This document shows positions 1 to 14,600 of a stretch of 64,000 bases of DNA, in pieces; within the stretch, counting starts at the first letter, position 1; each line of letters opens with the position of its first letter. The stretch is from contig CM022667.1 in NCBI GenBank assembly GCA_012295275.1, positions 2,976,001-3,040,000 on the forward strand, in the 5' to 3' direction. Position numbers and translations under genes: made by a program. Origin of the DNA: Chrysomallon squamiferum. Taxonomy: Eukaryota > Animalia > Mollusca. The notes below the pieces were generated by a model, which was given only the letters and a program-made list of their open reading frames with translations, was not told the origin of the DNA and did not search any database.

Positions 1-3000
1 GATAAAACAAATTTTTTCTTTTTCTTTCTTTCTTCTAAATAGCATGTAAAAAGATTTTGGTTTTCTTGTTTACTTGTATTGATCAGTGTATTGTGAACAG
101 TTTTTATGCTCCCTCAGAATTTTGTATCATAGTCGTTACTGTACAGTATACAAACAATTTACAAACAAGTCCTTGTGTTTTGGGGATTAATAAACAAAAA
201 CAAAAATTTTAATCTCCCCAAAGACCCTACTAAAATGGATTCAGATCTCCAGAGTTTCGACAGGTTTTAAAACTTCACAGGGTTCTTTATATAGATTTTC
301 ACATTACACTTGTTTTTCTTCCAGGTTCAGTCGTACATATCCTGCCTTGACACAAAGCTAAAATACCTCAGTAAAATACTGCTGTTTATAGTCTATGCAT
401 CATTCGCTGAACTATTTAAAAAATTCCCAGTTTTACCTACATAAAGTTCTACAACTATTCCATACACTTTGTGGGTACTGTGTCAAGCAAACATTATAAT
501 CTTTATAGGCTTGCATACTTTGTAATAGTCTTAGTTTCTTTATACAGTTATGCAGTAGTTACCATGGTTACTTTGTACAATGATTGTCACAGTAGTCATG
601 GTTACTTTGTATAATGATTGTCTTGGTAGTCATGGTTACTTTGTATAATGATTGTCATAGTAGTCATGGTTACTTTGTGTAATGATAGTCATAATAGTCA
701 TGGTTACTTTGAATAATGATTATGCAATAGGTGTCATGGTTACATTAAGGTGACCATGATTAAGCCATTTTGTATATCTTACATTGTGCCCTGCAGGTAT
801 TTTCAGAAAATAATTCTAGTAATCACTGATTTTGATACTAATTATGGTTTTTAATTTTTAAATAATAGAAGAATTTCATTTTGTATAGTCTGTTAATGTT
901 GAAATTATGGTAATTAGACTGAGAAGATTTAATTTAAATAAATGAGAATCTCATTAATTTTATTAATTATAGCAATTGTAATGAATAGCATCAATTACAG
1001 GATTTTAATTTTATTTTGGATAACATTTTCCTTGAAATAATGTTACATTAATTTTATTGAATTTTATCGTTTAATGATATTAAGATTCTGTTTTTGAATA
1101 ATAGTTTTTAAAAATTAACCAAAATAATAATCTGTTTTATTTGATTATCTGCAAGTGAAGAAAAAGTAATGAATTACTGCAAAATGAAGTAAAAATGAAT
1201 TTTTTTTTTTTAAAATGGGTTTTGTAATAACATGTTAACAGTGTAGAACTTTAAAAAAAAGTGCATGTATTTATTAACAACATACCTGTAGAGCAGGTTA
1301 ATTTTTATATTTCCTTTTTCTTTTCTTTTTTTTTTTCCTCTGACATTTTATAAACTTTTTACTACAGAATTATTCACACTAGATACCAAAACGTTTGATT
1401 TCAATGGATGAAATGTCATTAAAATTCTTATATATGATTACTGATTCAAACATATTCAAAAGTGTTACTTTTCTTTTTTTTAAAAGAAGAAACAAAAATC
1501 TCCATATTTCAATGATCTTGTAGACTTCCTTCATGACGAATGACATGAATTAGATTTGTGCTTTAGTTTCAGTTAACAAACAACCAAAACTAGTTTCGCT
1601 TTTCACTAACCTGTTACAAATAAAATCTTCAGAGTATGTTGATGTTCCCAGTGTGTAGACATTTGAGTTCATTGTGGTGAATACAGTCTGTATCATACAG
1701 TGTGTTGATTTGCAGCCCATATTAGGCTGAATATATATTTAACTTCATTCTGACTTACAATAATGGTGAATACACTTCAGATTTGATTTCTATCAGTTAA
1801 GACAATACCAACAGTTATTATTTAACCATAACTAGTTTTTAACACTAAATTCAATAACAGTTAATACACAACTATCTCACAATTGGTCAGTAAATAAAGA
1901 AATCTGATATTAGTTTCGGTTTCAGTGAATCTTTACAGACTGGGTGCGTTATTTGTAAATAAAGTTGTAGGTTGTCCAATAGCTGGCTTTGTACATTTGC
2001 TTTTAACAGAATAAAGAAGAAAAAAAACAAAAGAAAACACTCAGGGCTTATTTAAGTGTATCTATATTTTTATTATGTCTAGTAATTTATTGAAATAGTT
2101 GAAACAAACACAAAACAAATAAAAAGATTATTTTGATCTGTCCTCATTGTGGGCACTTTTACCTTTTTTTTTTTTTTTTTTTTATATCCAGATAAAACTA
2201 AAACCGGTATTTTCATTAAAACATTTGAGTATTGTCATCATGAATGATATAAATATATAAATATATATATATATAAAAATAAATATATTATTATTTTTCA
2301 CTTTTTTTTTTTTTTCTTTTGGTAAATTATGTTGTGCTAACTGATCTTCATTATTAATCAGATTGTCATTAATGTTGATTGTGTTTTAATATCATTAATT
2401 TGTGTTGTATGGATTTCACCTAAACCTCGTGATATGAGCATTCTGTCAAATAAACAGTACAGTTTTTGGATTTGTAGTGTAAAATAGATATCGTGCTACT
2501 GATTATGTACAGTTCATTTTAATTTTTTTTTTATGAGTTTTCATCAAATTGTACACTAAAATGTATTAATACACTGTTTGTTATCTTATATTTCTTCATT
2601 TTTAGTTTTTCTATTTTAATTTTTCTTTATCATTATTTTTATTATTTTATTTATTTATTTATTTTTTTTTTTTCTGTTAATAAATTTTATTTATTTGATT
2701 TCATCCACTCTTAAAAATAAAAATATGTAAATGAATTTTTTTAAATCACCCTATTTTATGCTGTCAATTTTCTTAATGCTAAATATTTTCTGTAATTCAG
2801 AACTACTCTAAGAAATCCTTATTAATTTTTGCACATGGAAGTTAAAATCTTCTGTAGATATGCTGGCAAAAATAATAAAAATTATCAGAATAAAATCATT
2901 GTGGAGTTACAGAACTTAAATGATAAAAATTTAAGTACATCTAAACAAAAAGATTTTATTTATTTATTTATTTATATATTTTTTTTTATAATGTATAATT

Positions 3001-3660
3001 CAGATGTTAAGCAAATTTCAGGAATACCATTTTGAATATTTGCTCATAAAAAAACAATGCGGGTAATGTCATTTCCTTCTGAAATAATTCCTTGACATAT
3101 TTCCAAGTAGCTTGAAAAACATTTATCAGTTCTTTCTTTTTATTTATTTATTTATTTATTAAACTACTAATAAAATAACTTAAGCATTTTCTCTTTTTCT
3201 TAACAATTTTTAAAAACTTCATTTCTATTTCTTTTTTCTTCTTACAATAGAGAAACTTTCAGTATAATCAGATAAGACTAAACTAATTATTCAAGTGAAT
3301 TTAAAAATAATTATCTTTTAACATTTATGTTTCTATTTTTGCATCCAAAATTGTACATTTGTAGAGACTAATCATGTTTTCACACAAAAATTCTGTTCTT
3401 ATAATTCACAAAAATTGTATTAGTTCACAATAATTGTACATTCCTACCATGTCAAAAACTGCATGTCAGATCATTTTAGACAATATATGTTTCTTTTTCT
3501 CTTTCTTCTTTTTACTTAAAAACTCATTTACTGAGCAAATAATAATGAGACATTTGATTGTAAGAATATTCCAAATTTAAATTGTATGTTTTTGGAGCTG
3601 TGGTTCACTTCATTTTTATACCATTTCTTGTAAATAAAATATTTGACATTATCATTTTAT
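1..3660 (+). other. Probable 3' UTR/terminal region of a gene lying upstream of the window
   Basis: No coding exon found. T-rich on +, many TGTA motifs, and TGTAAATAAA (AATAAA 3633-3638) followed by T-rich sequence. Inference only. Confidence 0.3.
555..742. repeat. 34-bp minisatellite, ~6 copies (GTAGTCATGGTTACTTTGTATAATGATTGTCATA)
   Basis: CATGGTTAC recurs at 563, 597, 631, 665, 699 and 735. Confidence 0.9.
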
Positions 3661-4771
3661 TTTATTATTTTAAACAATTTAATTCTGATTTATTTTATTT
3701 TATTTTACTTACATATTTTGTTTCACTAGTTTGAAGTCTTATTTGCTGTAGAGTACAAAAACAAATCTTATCAGATATTTGGGAACTTAATAAAGCCAAT
3801 TTTACATAACTTTATTAAAATGAAATATTCTTAAATAACTTGAAGTTAGATAATGTTTAATATATTTTCTTACAAAAGTAAATTACTGAAAAATCCATTT
3901 CAGTTATTTTTTCATCGGATTTTATTTTTCCAGTGGGGGTGGGTCTGTTATTATTATTTATTAAAATATTGTCAAAATAATTTTAAATGATGAAATAGTT
4001 TAACTGCTTACTAAATAAGTAACTTATGATGACACATTCATGTTTTTATTTCTATTTTTTGATTTATTTAAAAACAGATTTATATTTACTTATTAGATAA
4101 TTATTACATCACATTATTTAACTAATTATTTTCTTTTTTAAATATAAAAACTGAATGTTACATTTACTTACTATAAATGAGATTACATTTACAAATCCAT
4201 TTTAACAATAATGTAAAGAATAATTTTATATTTACTTAATGAACAGATCCTTTTCTTTTATTTATTTATTATTTAAATTACCACTTAAGAATGAATTTTA
4301 TATTTACACATAAATGTAAAGCTTATAATCACAAATCTCGTTTTTCATTTTTATTTTTTAAAAGAATTTAAAAATTAATAACATTTGCTTATTAAATGAG
4401 TGAATCAGTGTATTGCATTTTTTTTTTTTTTTTTTCTGATCATTTCACATCATCATGTCCACTGTAATAACTAATACCTCACACACTCACACTGTAGAGT
4501 GTATGCAAGTTAAAAACATCCTCATAACTTATTTTTTTTCATGATAAATTATTCTCTGACCAATTAATTTATCCTGAACTTTTTTGTTTTGGACACAAAC
4601 AGAATGATACCCATTCTCTGTGTGCAGTAAGATTGTGTGTATTTATTGGAGAAGAAAAATTTTGTATGTATACTTATTTTTATTAAAATATGGCTTTGGT
4701 GTTAAAAAGAGTTCTCGTTTTTCTTTCTGGAATTATATTTTTAATTTTATAAATTTATATTTTAATTATCT

Positions 4772-4807
<36 letters not shown>

Positions 4808-6453
4808 CTGATCTAATAACTATATAATCTCCATACTGCTCCCTCTAGACAATTTCCCAATCCAAACAGTGCCCCTGTATGCTATGCAGTGGTCTGATGT
4901 TTACTTGTCCTTGATACCAACTGAAGAAGTTACATGGTGACAGTGGATTTTCTCTCTGTGTCATGTTTAAAAATGTCATCTAAGAGTAACTTTAAAACAT
5001 ATTCAGCACATTGTCCATTTAAGATTTTGAGATTATGATGAATATCTATTCACTGAATAATGTTGATTTCTAAATAAAAGATGTTAACTGAAAAAAGTAC
5101 CAATCAAGTAACAAATGCAGTCAACTGAACAACAACAACATGAATAATAATAATAATATAAAAAAAAAATACCAAAAATAAACGGGTGGAATTTTATTTA
5201 CAATAAATGTAAATGATGATGATGATGATGATGATGATAAATAAATTTTAAAAACCCACAATAAATAAATAACAGAAAGGAGAAGAAAAATAAGAGATTA
5301 AAATTAGGAAGCACTGTTCAGTTCATTCCTCCCTGTCATTTGTGACAGTGCACTTAACTTACTAAATAAAACAAATTCTCTTAAAATTATAACATTTATC
5401 TTGAAAAAATAAATATAGATCAATAAAATAAATCAAATCAAATCAAATCAAATAAAAATGAATATATTACAAATAACAGTATTGCAAATTTTATCTGGCG
5501 TCACTAGTTAGTGTGGACTATTGCAACCTGCAAGAACCAACACGACCAATGAAATTCGGGGTTACAGCGAAAAGCACGTTTTTATTACGTACCTGCGTAA
5601 TTAAATTATATAATCCTTTTTAGACAGGCCCCAAAAAGAAGTGCAAATTAACGAACCTGCTTGAAATGGAACAAAAGCAAGGACGTTCGACCAGCCTTGA
5701 TGCAGTTCGTGAATTTTCCTCTGTAAATCGTATTAATATTTTGCCGATTCATACATATATGTACATAATAAAAAAAAAAAAAAAAAAAAGCGGTAAGTGC
5801 GAACTTTAAAAATGGTGAAACAAAGATAAAAAATAAAATAATAGCTGTTTATGGGGAAAAAAGAAATGACTCTATATACACAAGAACACACAAACACGCA
5901 CGCATATACAGACACATGACTGTTGGTCATTAAAAAAAAAAAAAGAAAAGAAACAAACTACCAGTGCTTGAAAACTCACAACAATGTTATTAACGTCCGT
6001 ACGCTACCTTTTACAAATGCTTGCGTCAGCAATAAAAATAAGTTACTGTAAGTTACCACTATTTGTTACTGTTTTCATTGCTACAAACACATTACAAACC
6101 TTTGAATACATTTTCAGAAGTCTTTCTAACTGGAGTTAAATCCCTTCTTTATCACCTACTATTAAAAAAAAAAAAAAAAAAAAATTAAATCTTAGTCAAT
6201 AATGGTAAAAAAAAAAAAAAAAAAAAATTGTAAATGACCTTATTTGACCCAGTGTTTACATTTTAAAACATCTGTTAAAAAAAGAAAAAAAGAAAAAAAA
6301 AAGCTTATATAGATTTGTCAGCATTTTAGTTATTTTTATGTAGGTATTTCTACTTTTTTTTTTAAAAAAAATATAATGCAACATTGATCCAATTAACTAT
6401 GCTTTGCAAATTCGGTAAATAAAGCATTCATATTTGGTCAGCTGGCAGTGATA

Positions 6454-6535
6454 TTTTCCCGCGCTTTGCGGCGGCTACAGAACGTGCCAAAGCAATGTAG
6501 ACATGTCCTCTATTTTCCCGCCACTCGGTGCGGGA
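6454..6535 (+). promoter_or_regulatory. Tandem E2F sites in the RBL promoter/5' UTR
   Basis: TTTCCCGC (E2F consensus TTTSSCGC) at 6455-6462 and 6514-6521, plus GCGGGA at 6530-6535. They lie in a CpG-rich patch 60-140 bp upstream of the ATG. Confidence 0.75.
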
Positions 6536-6594
6536 CTGGGAATGTTTATATGTGCGCGGCCATTGTGAGGTCTCGCAACTCGAAGACAGTCGCC

Positions 6595-9307
6595 ATGGGT
6601 TTATCTGACGAGGGAGAGGAAAGTGTTCTGCAGCGATATGAAGAATTATGTTTAGACTTAAACATGGACAAAAATGCCAAGGAGGATGCCTGGCAGTCCT
6701 ATCAGGGAATACGGACAAAATTCACACTCGAGGTAGTTTTGGGGCGAAGCAGCCATGTTGTTTGTATTTAAATCACCAAAGGAGAATATTTACCGTTGTC
6801 AATTTCATGATCGGTACAGTTCTAACGGGACTCTATCGAGCTTCAGTTGTGATGACACTAATTTTCATTTCAAGTAGTCCTTTTTCTGATGTTGTTTTTA
6901 AGAAACAGAAAGTTAATCAGTAATTAAAATTTTGTTTTATTTTGAGAATAAAAGTCGACACCAATTGACATTTTGTTACTGGTTTTAAGAAAGATTTTCT
7001 TGATGAAAAAATATTTAAAAGATTCAGAAAAAGCAAAAATACAAATCTATCCCTGTATTATTTGCATGATATAGTGTTGTCACGAAATTATTTTAATTCT
7101 ATAAATATAATAAATGTTGTGTTTAATTATTTACTATAATCGTTCATTGTTGATGATTGGAAAACGAGCATTTCCTCTAACAATGTAATTTAAATTTATT
7201 TTATTCATATATTTATTGTAATACTGATTCACATGTAATTTTATCGTTAAGGAATATATTTGTAAAGCTCAAATAACAAATGGAATATATCACTTTATAA
7301 TTTCTTCAACTCCAGCTTTTCAAATTCTTTGTCTTGAGTATAGAAAGGGGGATGTGGCTTATTGGACATAGGTTACTGTGACTGCCTGATATCTACTAAA
7401 TAATTACTTAATGCAACTATTGCACTTGTTTTTCATTCCAGCCAGTACCCGTTAATGTCTAGTCACAGAAAATAAGTTTAATGTTTAGTCTAATTTTATA
7501 TCATTTTCCCAACTACCCATTTTTGAAAGGTCTGGACAGACAGGAATATACACATTTTCATTTGCTACACCCATTGAAAAAAATATATTTTCTATATAAA
7601 ACTGACAGATAATTATATAGTGGTATAAAGTATTTAAATTGAAGATTATTTTATAAGAAAGTAAATTTTTAAAATTATGTTAATTTTGTTTGTCCTTTAT
7701 ATGTATGTTCACAGTGTGATAGTCAAATTGTAATACTTATTTAAATACAGAAGTATTTTTGGGTAGTATGAAATATATAATAAATACCCAATTCAGTGAA
7801 ATTAAGTAAGTTATAGTGGTATAATATTACTTAGATATATTAGTTAATATTTATGTTGATGTTCAAATTGAGTGTATTTTAAATTACTTATCTATAAAAA
7901 ATAAAATTAATGTGTGGTAAGAATACAATGATATAAATAATATGCTTAACACACATATGCACACAAAATATATTTTGTGTAATTTTTTAATTCTTGTATC
8001 TGTATTAGGTGAGTGTTATGTAATGTTTATTTACTAAGTTAAGTTTCCTAAAAAAAAATTATTATTATTATTATTATTTTTTTTTTTTCACTCTAACAGG
8101 GTGACCAGATGCACTGGTTGTCGTGTGCTTTGTATGAATCTTGCAGAAGAAGTGTTGTGCCTACTGTTGGCAGGGGTCAGGTAGAAGGAAACTGCGTTTC
8201 TCTCACACGTCTTCTTAGATCAGCGAGATTCAGGTAAGTTAAAAAAAAAATCTACACATCTTTTTCACTGTATATCATAATAAATCTTTCAATAAAATCA
8301 TTTATACGTCCAACTTATTATTTATTTGGATGTGCTATTGTCAAAAAACAATTTAAAAAAAACAAGACAGTGTAATAATATATTTTTTTTCGTAATGTTT
8401 TATGTCAGTCATAGTAGGCATTTTCATGTGGAATCTTAACTGTAAATATATTTCTGAACTATAGGTGTTCTTTTAGACCAGTGTTTCCCATCATGAGGCC
8501 CCTTTGAATATAAATAGTATGGGAAGATTGAATATGATGCATTAAGAACCAATTTTTTTGTGTGAACATAAATGTTGATGGCTGAGAAACCCAGCTTTAC
8601 AAAAATTAGTAAATTATTAAATAAATTTTCACTTATTTGATTAGATGTGTTAATGAATATCACCAAATGGGCCTGTTGCATGTTCTAACTTTTTTGATCT
8701 AAGAATTAGTATGCTCTGTTGGATTCAAGTTGGGACATAAAATTTCTACATGGGTTGAGGTTGGATATATGTATTAAACAAATGTCACTAATGATCAAAA
8801 TAGTTATCATCTATATTGATTCATTTGCTAGTGTCATCATTATTGTAACAATTTTACGTAATGCTATCTACGAGAAGGTTGCATTTTGTTAGATTTTTGT
8901 TTTGCATACTCCAGTAAAAGTAAATCCATAACTACAAATGCAGAAGAAGGATTTAAATCCAGCTAAAAAAAATATAAACCTATAATTTAGCTGTAAATTA
9001 ATTAAGTTAATCATTGATTTACTGATTTATTTATTTATTTCAGTCTAATTCAGTTCTTCAGCAAGATGAAAAAATGGTCAGACATGGCTAACTTACTGCC
9101 AGCATTCCGAAACAAAGTAGAAAAATTGGAAAGAAATTTTGCAGTATCAACAGTTATTTTTAAAAAATTTCAACCAATATTTTTAGACATTTTTCAAAGC
9201 CCAGCTGAAACAACCAAACAACAGAGAAGTAGAAAACAGAGGTAATATATTTATTTAAAAAAATATATATAATTTTGTATTTGTATTTTAGATTTTGTTA
9301 TTGTTAT

Positions 9308-9344
<37 letters not shown>

Positions 9345-11596
9345 TTCCTTTGCTGCTTTCAGTTATAACCTCTGCTTTTAGCTGTAGACATTTATTTTGC
9401 TTTTGTTTGTGTTGATAATTATTGTCATTATTATTACTTTTAATTATTGTTTTATTATTATTATTATTATTACTGTTACCAAGTTGATTTAACATCTGTA
9501 AAAAAACCTCATAATTTTTCATAAATTACAACTATATTGGTAGTATTAACATACATTATGTATACATCCAAGTCTTCAATTTGTAATCTAGACAACAACC
9601 TTTCCTAACAATAATATATAGAAAGTGATGGGAGTCAGTCAGATTTCAGACATTTTAGTAGATAAGCTCTTCCTAAATATTTCTTTTCTCTCACAATTCT
9701 TCCAGACATTGCAGGACTAACAGACAGCATTTAGCTTTGTCCAATGAAAGGTATTTTAGTTGCTATGGTTACCTCAAGAATAAAAATATTAATAATGTTT
9801 AAATTTATTTTGCTTTAAAACTGCTGCATCTTTTTATATATATATATATATATTTTTTTTGTTGTTGTTGTTCTAACAAATAACATTACATACTAACTGT
9901 GTGTGCTAATTTAGAATTGACAGTAACATAAACAGATATTTTACCGATTACCTACATGTTCATAAATTTATATATTAATCTTTTGATTTGCCAAACCCTT
10001 TAATGTGGTTTAAAAATAATGTATATACTTAATAAATTTATATTTTAATATTGATAACGTAACATCTTAATGTTGTTTAATGATTATTAAGCTTCAGAAA
10101 TATGTTTTTTAATACTGTCAAACCCTTTGTTAAAAAAAAATCAGTACTAAAATGATAAAATGAGAATATTATTTTCAACCAGTTTCTTACTTGTAGGATA
10201 TTCTGCCTAAATTTAATCAAATGTTTGTAACAAAAACATTATAACTGTCAGAATTTTACATTTTCACACATATTCACACTAACATGTTCATGGTGATGGT
10301 TATTTTCTTGTTGTTCTCTTTCAGCTTTTGCGTGAAGAACTAAACATTCTGTATTTAAAATATTTCTTTAGATCTAGCCTTGATTTCATCATAAATTTTT
10401 TTTTTTTTTTTTTTTTTTTTTAAGAAACATGGTTTTCTCAATTTTCCAGGTTATAAAATACAGATTATATTTCTGTTACAGATAAAATATAATTTTATTT
10501 TTATTTATTTATTTTTATGTTTTGACAGAATATATAAGCTCTAGAGACAAATGATAGATTTGTGTAATAATATATTCTTTTTATTTAGAATGTTGAAGGC
10601 TGTTCTTTAATTATTATTATTGTTTAATAATGCTGAAAGAAGTGTTTGTTATTCTTCTTTTAAATTAATGAGAACAAATAATAAACTGTATTATTTAAAT
10701 TAATTTGTTTATTTGTACAATTAATCACAAACTTATAATAATAATTTAATGTGTTTAAAAAAACAAAACAAATACAGAAATTATAAACTGTTTTAATTAA
10801 CACTGTTGTTATATTATTGTTATTGTTTTACCAGGCGACTTCCCTGCACAACAAATGATGTTTTTAACTTTGCATGGACCATGTTTGTTGAAGTTAAAGG
10901 TAGACAATTATTTTGTTTAGCTATTATTAATATATTTTTTAAATTTAAATTTTATGTTAATAATGTGCAGTAGAGTTCTGCAGTATCATTTACTATTTAC
11001 TTTCAGATCATTTAATAAAATATTTCATTTCATTAAAAATGATTAAATATTATACTTTGTCCTGCTCAAAACTAATTTTATTCTCTAATGGTTGATTATT
11101 ATTTTTAAAAATATAAAGTAAATGAAATTTTTGCTTTGCTGGTTTCTCTGAATAGTTTTTAGTTTGTTCTTCAGTATTACCACCTCTGTAAAAATAACAG
11201 TTATTTTACTGAAATTTTTAAAAGCTCCATAAATCAATTTTTAACCAGTTATTATTTGATATAAAATATTTAAAATAGTAAATTTATTTAAATTAATTTA
11301 AATGTTTTTGTTACTATACTAATTTTTTTTTTTTTATTTTTTTTTTTTTCCACTTTTGTTTGATTTAATATCTAATTACTGTAAAATAACAGAGTACATG
11401 TATATAAAACAAATACTGGTAATTTATTTCAACAGGTAACTTCCCTGCTATCAGCGATGACTTAGTAAATTCCTATCATCTCTTGCTGTGTTGTGTTGAT
11501 TGGTTTTATGCAAATGCCTTACTCGGAGGTCGCAAGGACCTGCTCAATACTGGATTTTCAGGTGCTTGCAGAATTGTTAATTTTCACCTCTGTATT

Positions 11597-11655
<59 letters not shown>

Positions 11656-14600
11656 CACCTCTCTCTCTCTAAATACATTGTGTATACAAATGTGTTTATA
11701 AAGATACAACATAATGTGCAGAAGTGAAAATTAGACCAATATATACTAATGAGGTTTTTTTATTAATCATAACTTTAAAAAATATATATGAAAAAAACGA
11801 ATGCTAATATTATATTGGTGTGTGTTGGCATGTGGATATTGTTAATTATAATCAATCTTTTGTTTATGTTACAGGATTACCCACTGGTTTTCAGTTAAAG
11901 GATTGGAAGCCACCTTCAGAACCACCGTGCATTATCAACCTCCTCTGTGATAAACATGACGGTTTGGTCGTTGAAGCAAAAACCATCAAAGAACACTGGT
12001 GGAAACCACACATCAAAAAACTCTTTGATCGCAAGGTCAGTGAAACAAAAATATTTTCAAAAATGAATCCGTTTTTGATCCATATTTTTCAGGATTATAA
12101 TTTTGGTTTAAATGACCGATTTAAAAATATATATATATTCATAAATAAAAATTAAACAAATACGTTCTGTTTCTTTTCTCCAGACTTTGAAAGGAAAAGT
12201 TGAAACCCTGTCTGGCATATTGGATTTAGGAAACTTTGAATCAAATAGGTAGGTTAATGTATGTTTATGGGGTTTTTTTTTTGTCAACAGAATGGGCCAG
12301 TGTATGTGATTTAATACAGTATGTATAATCAGTGTCTGGTCATGAACAATGTATTATTAAATAAAATGACCAACAGCATATTTCCCACACTAAAGTCATA
12401 AATAATTTGTTTCATTAAAGTGATCAGTAAATGTCACACAAATATTATAATCTGTAATTCAAATAAAATATTAAACATATCAGCCATGACTAGTAGTATG
12501 TTATTTTATAAAAACTAAATTATTTCATTAATAACATGTTATTTTCGTAAATTACATTATCTGCATGTTATTTTGTGAAGTAAATTATTTTATGAATAAT
12601 ACATGTTGTTTAAGTAAAGTCACAAAGAGTATACTATTTTAGTAAAATATACATTATCTGCATGTTATTTTGTGAAGTAAATTATTTCTTGAATAATACA
12701 TGATTCAGTAAGGTCTCGAGGCGTAAACTGTACATTATTTTGTGAACTAAATTATTTCATGAATAATGCATGTTGTTTCAGTAAAGTCATGAACAACGCC
12801 TATGAGCAGTATGTGCTCAGTGTTGGTGATTTTGATGAGAGGATATTTCTTGGCGAGGATGCGGAAGATGAAATTGGAACACCTGGAAATACCAATGCTG
12901 ACTTTGCCGAAGAGATTGAAATGAAGAGAAAATCTCTGAAAGAGCACTTTGATGAGGTAAGTAGATTTAGATGCATACATACATACATATCTGCATGCAT
13001 GCACATGCACACGTTATATAAATAATCTTCAAATTAATGATACAACATAACTCACCTCATCATCATCTTCAACAAGAAACTGTTAACTTTTCTTCACAAA
13101 CTTCTGATTTTCATTTAATCATTACTGTTACCAAAAAATCAAATCTTGGAGATGTGGTAGTGATGTTTTTTTTCCCAGTCATTACTGAAACTTGAACTTG
13201 AAAGATCATAATTAAAACCTTACAGACAGTTTCACTCAGCACTATATCTGGTTGGCAGCTTTGCCAGTTTCTGTTGATGAAAATTTGAGAAAATTAATGC
13301 TGAATCAGAGAGGTTAATGAACACATAGGTGATTTGATCTAGAATGATCCTTAACCTTCTGATTGTTGCAGCTGAAATAGCTAGCTGTGCTAGCTAACAG
13401 ACTTCCTGTTGTATAACTTTCTTGCACTGGTTCATGTTTCCTGTTGATGGGCATATATCACTGGCAAGAAACAGCACTTATCTTTTTCATGTGTAGACAC
13501 TTTGTAACATTTGTAAACAATTAAGAAAGTTATAAACATGTACTGGCTTTTTTTTCTTTTTTTTTAATTTAAATTATTCCAGTTAGTCTAAAATTTAAAT
13601 GAGTTTGTTATGCTGCACATACAAGTCACTAAGTGAATTTTGTTATAAAACCCAGCCTGCATTACCTTGGTTTTGCATTTGCAGGTGTAGCCAGCCATAT
13701 TGGAAAATATAAATATATTTTAAAACAAGAAGGTAAATTAGTATTAATTCTATTGTTGGGGTGGCACACAGCTGAAAACACTGCAGTCAGCATTATTCAG
13801 CAGTTAACTGTTGTAGCTATATATATGGTTTCAGGAACAAATAACCAACTAACATTATACCTTTGTTTCTTATGTATCTTTTGTTGTGTGAAAATGAAGT
13901 TAAGATAGATTTCTCTATTTTTAGATGCGATTCTTTTCTGTTTTTATGTTTAAAATGTGATTCTTTTATTTATGTTTCAATAATGACAGATAAATCTATT
14001 TCTTAAATACTTCCAATTAAATAAGTGACTCTTCAGTTTAGAGAAACAAGCCTTTGCTGATAATAAAGTAAGACAGAATAACAAGCAGTCCAGTATAGCT
14101 GGAGTATGACATTTGCCTTTAATTTGTTTTTTGTCTTTCGTGGTTGATATATTTCATAGTTTTTCATTTGAAGATGATAAATAAATACCAAAATAAAATG
14201 TCTAAAAATATAGTGGTTCTGAAAATTTGTTATTTGTTTAAAAAAAAATTATCTAGAAGACATTAAAACTGAGTAAATAGATATTAATTTGTTGAGTGTC
14301 AGGTTTTATTTTTTTATTATTATTAATTTTTGTTGTTGTTGTTGTTGTTGTTGTTGTTTTTTTTGTATCTCATTTCATTATAGAAGTGAAAATAAGCTGC
14401 ATCAGTACATTTACTTGTCAAATTAGCATAATAATCACATTTTTTTTTTTTGAGAGAGAGAGAGAGAGAGAGAGAGAACAAATAAAAAGGTGTTTGTCAT
14501 AAATCTTTCCAAAATGACACAACAAAAAGAAAAGAAAAAAAATAATGAAGTACAAGTCATTTTACAAAACAAAGAATGTTACAATATAGAAAAAAAAAGA

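Noticed and set aside
555-742. CRISPR-like periodicity
   Set aside because: Units are contiguous with no unique spacers, the context is eukaryotic, and there are no cas genes.
4850-5030. Possible decayed SINE-like relic (similar impressions near 7430, 22640, 45930, 51135)
   Set aside because: No A/B boxes, target-site duplications or alignable copies demonstrable by eye; needs a repeat library.
6499-6508. p53 half-site AGACATGTCC between the E2F sites
   Set aside because: Only one decamer; the adjacent sequence does not form a second half-site.
13692-13708. 17-nt match CAGCCATATTGGAAAAT to the NDUFAF6 coding sequence (SHIGK) inside an RBL intron
   Set aside because: Similarity does not extend on either side, so probably chance.
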